Source: a virus
Lineage: Duplodnaviria > Caudoviricetes
DNA length: 41,990 bases
Strand: one strand, 5' to 3'
Virus record (IMG/VR): IMGVR_UViG_3300030095_005053
Span: 1 to 41,990 of that record
Position 1 is the first letter of the stretch. Every line of letters starts with the position of its first letter. The notes beneath the pieces are model-generated. The model was not told the DNA's origin and did no database searches. It saw only the letters and a program-made list of their open reading frames with translations. Shown here piece by piece: positions 41,989 through 41,990 of the stretch. A program made the translations under genes and the position numbers.

Positions 41989-41990
41989 AG

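Noticed and set aside
41891-41990. 98-bp end repeat as a physical direct terminal repeat
   Set aside because: It falls inside a coding gene and has assembler-overlap length; more likely a circularisation artefact. The final 2 nt are unmatched.
1-41990. CRISPR array, tRNA genes, integrase/att site
   Set aside because: No regularly spaced repeats, cloverleaf or recombinase motifs found by eye.

Overview
Apparently complete ~41.9 kb genome of a podovirus-type dsDNA phage, probably infecting an alphaproteobacterium (inferred from a GapR/DUF2312 homolog and a CCUCCUCCC sRNA). Bases 1-98 recur at 41891-41988 (circular assembly overlap), and a P22 gp10-like tail gene reads in frame across the junction. 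The minus strand carries packaging/head genes (TerS, a terminase split into two coupled ORFs, portal, GroES-like, scaffold, major capsid), P22-like tail/ejection genes, tailspike and lysis genes, plus a middle block (RusA, HNH, SF2 helicase, DNA methyltransferase, a replication-protein C-terminal domain lacking a DNA-binding head, DnaA domain IV-like HTH). The plus-strand early block carries a Rad52/Sak-like annealase, 3'-5' exonuclease, GapR, NinB and HNH. I recognised no integrase, CI repressor, primase, polymerase or complete initiator. The main find is an ncRNA-dense locus at ~18.4-19.9 kb: a ~450-nt G-U-rich structured minus-strand RNA whose 5' end is overlapped by a ~80-nt antisense RNA (ColE1 RNA II/RNA I-like geometry) directly upstream of an HNH gene, a CCUCCUCCC anti-SD sRNA, and a second ~350-nt structured plus-strand RNA. 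All protein calls come from motif recognition and synteny; no searches were run.
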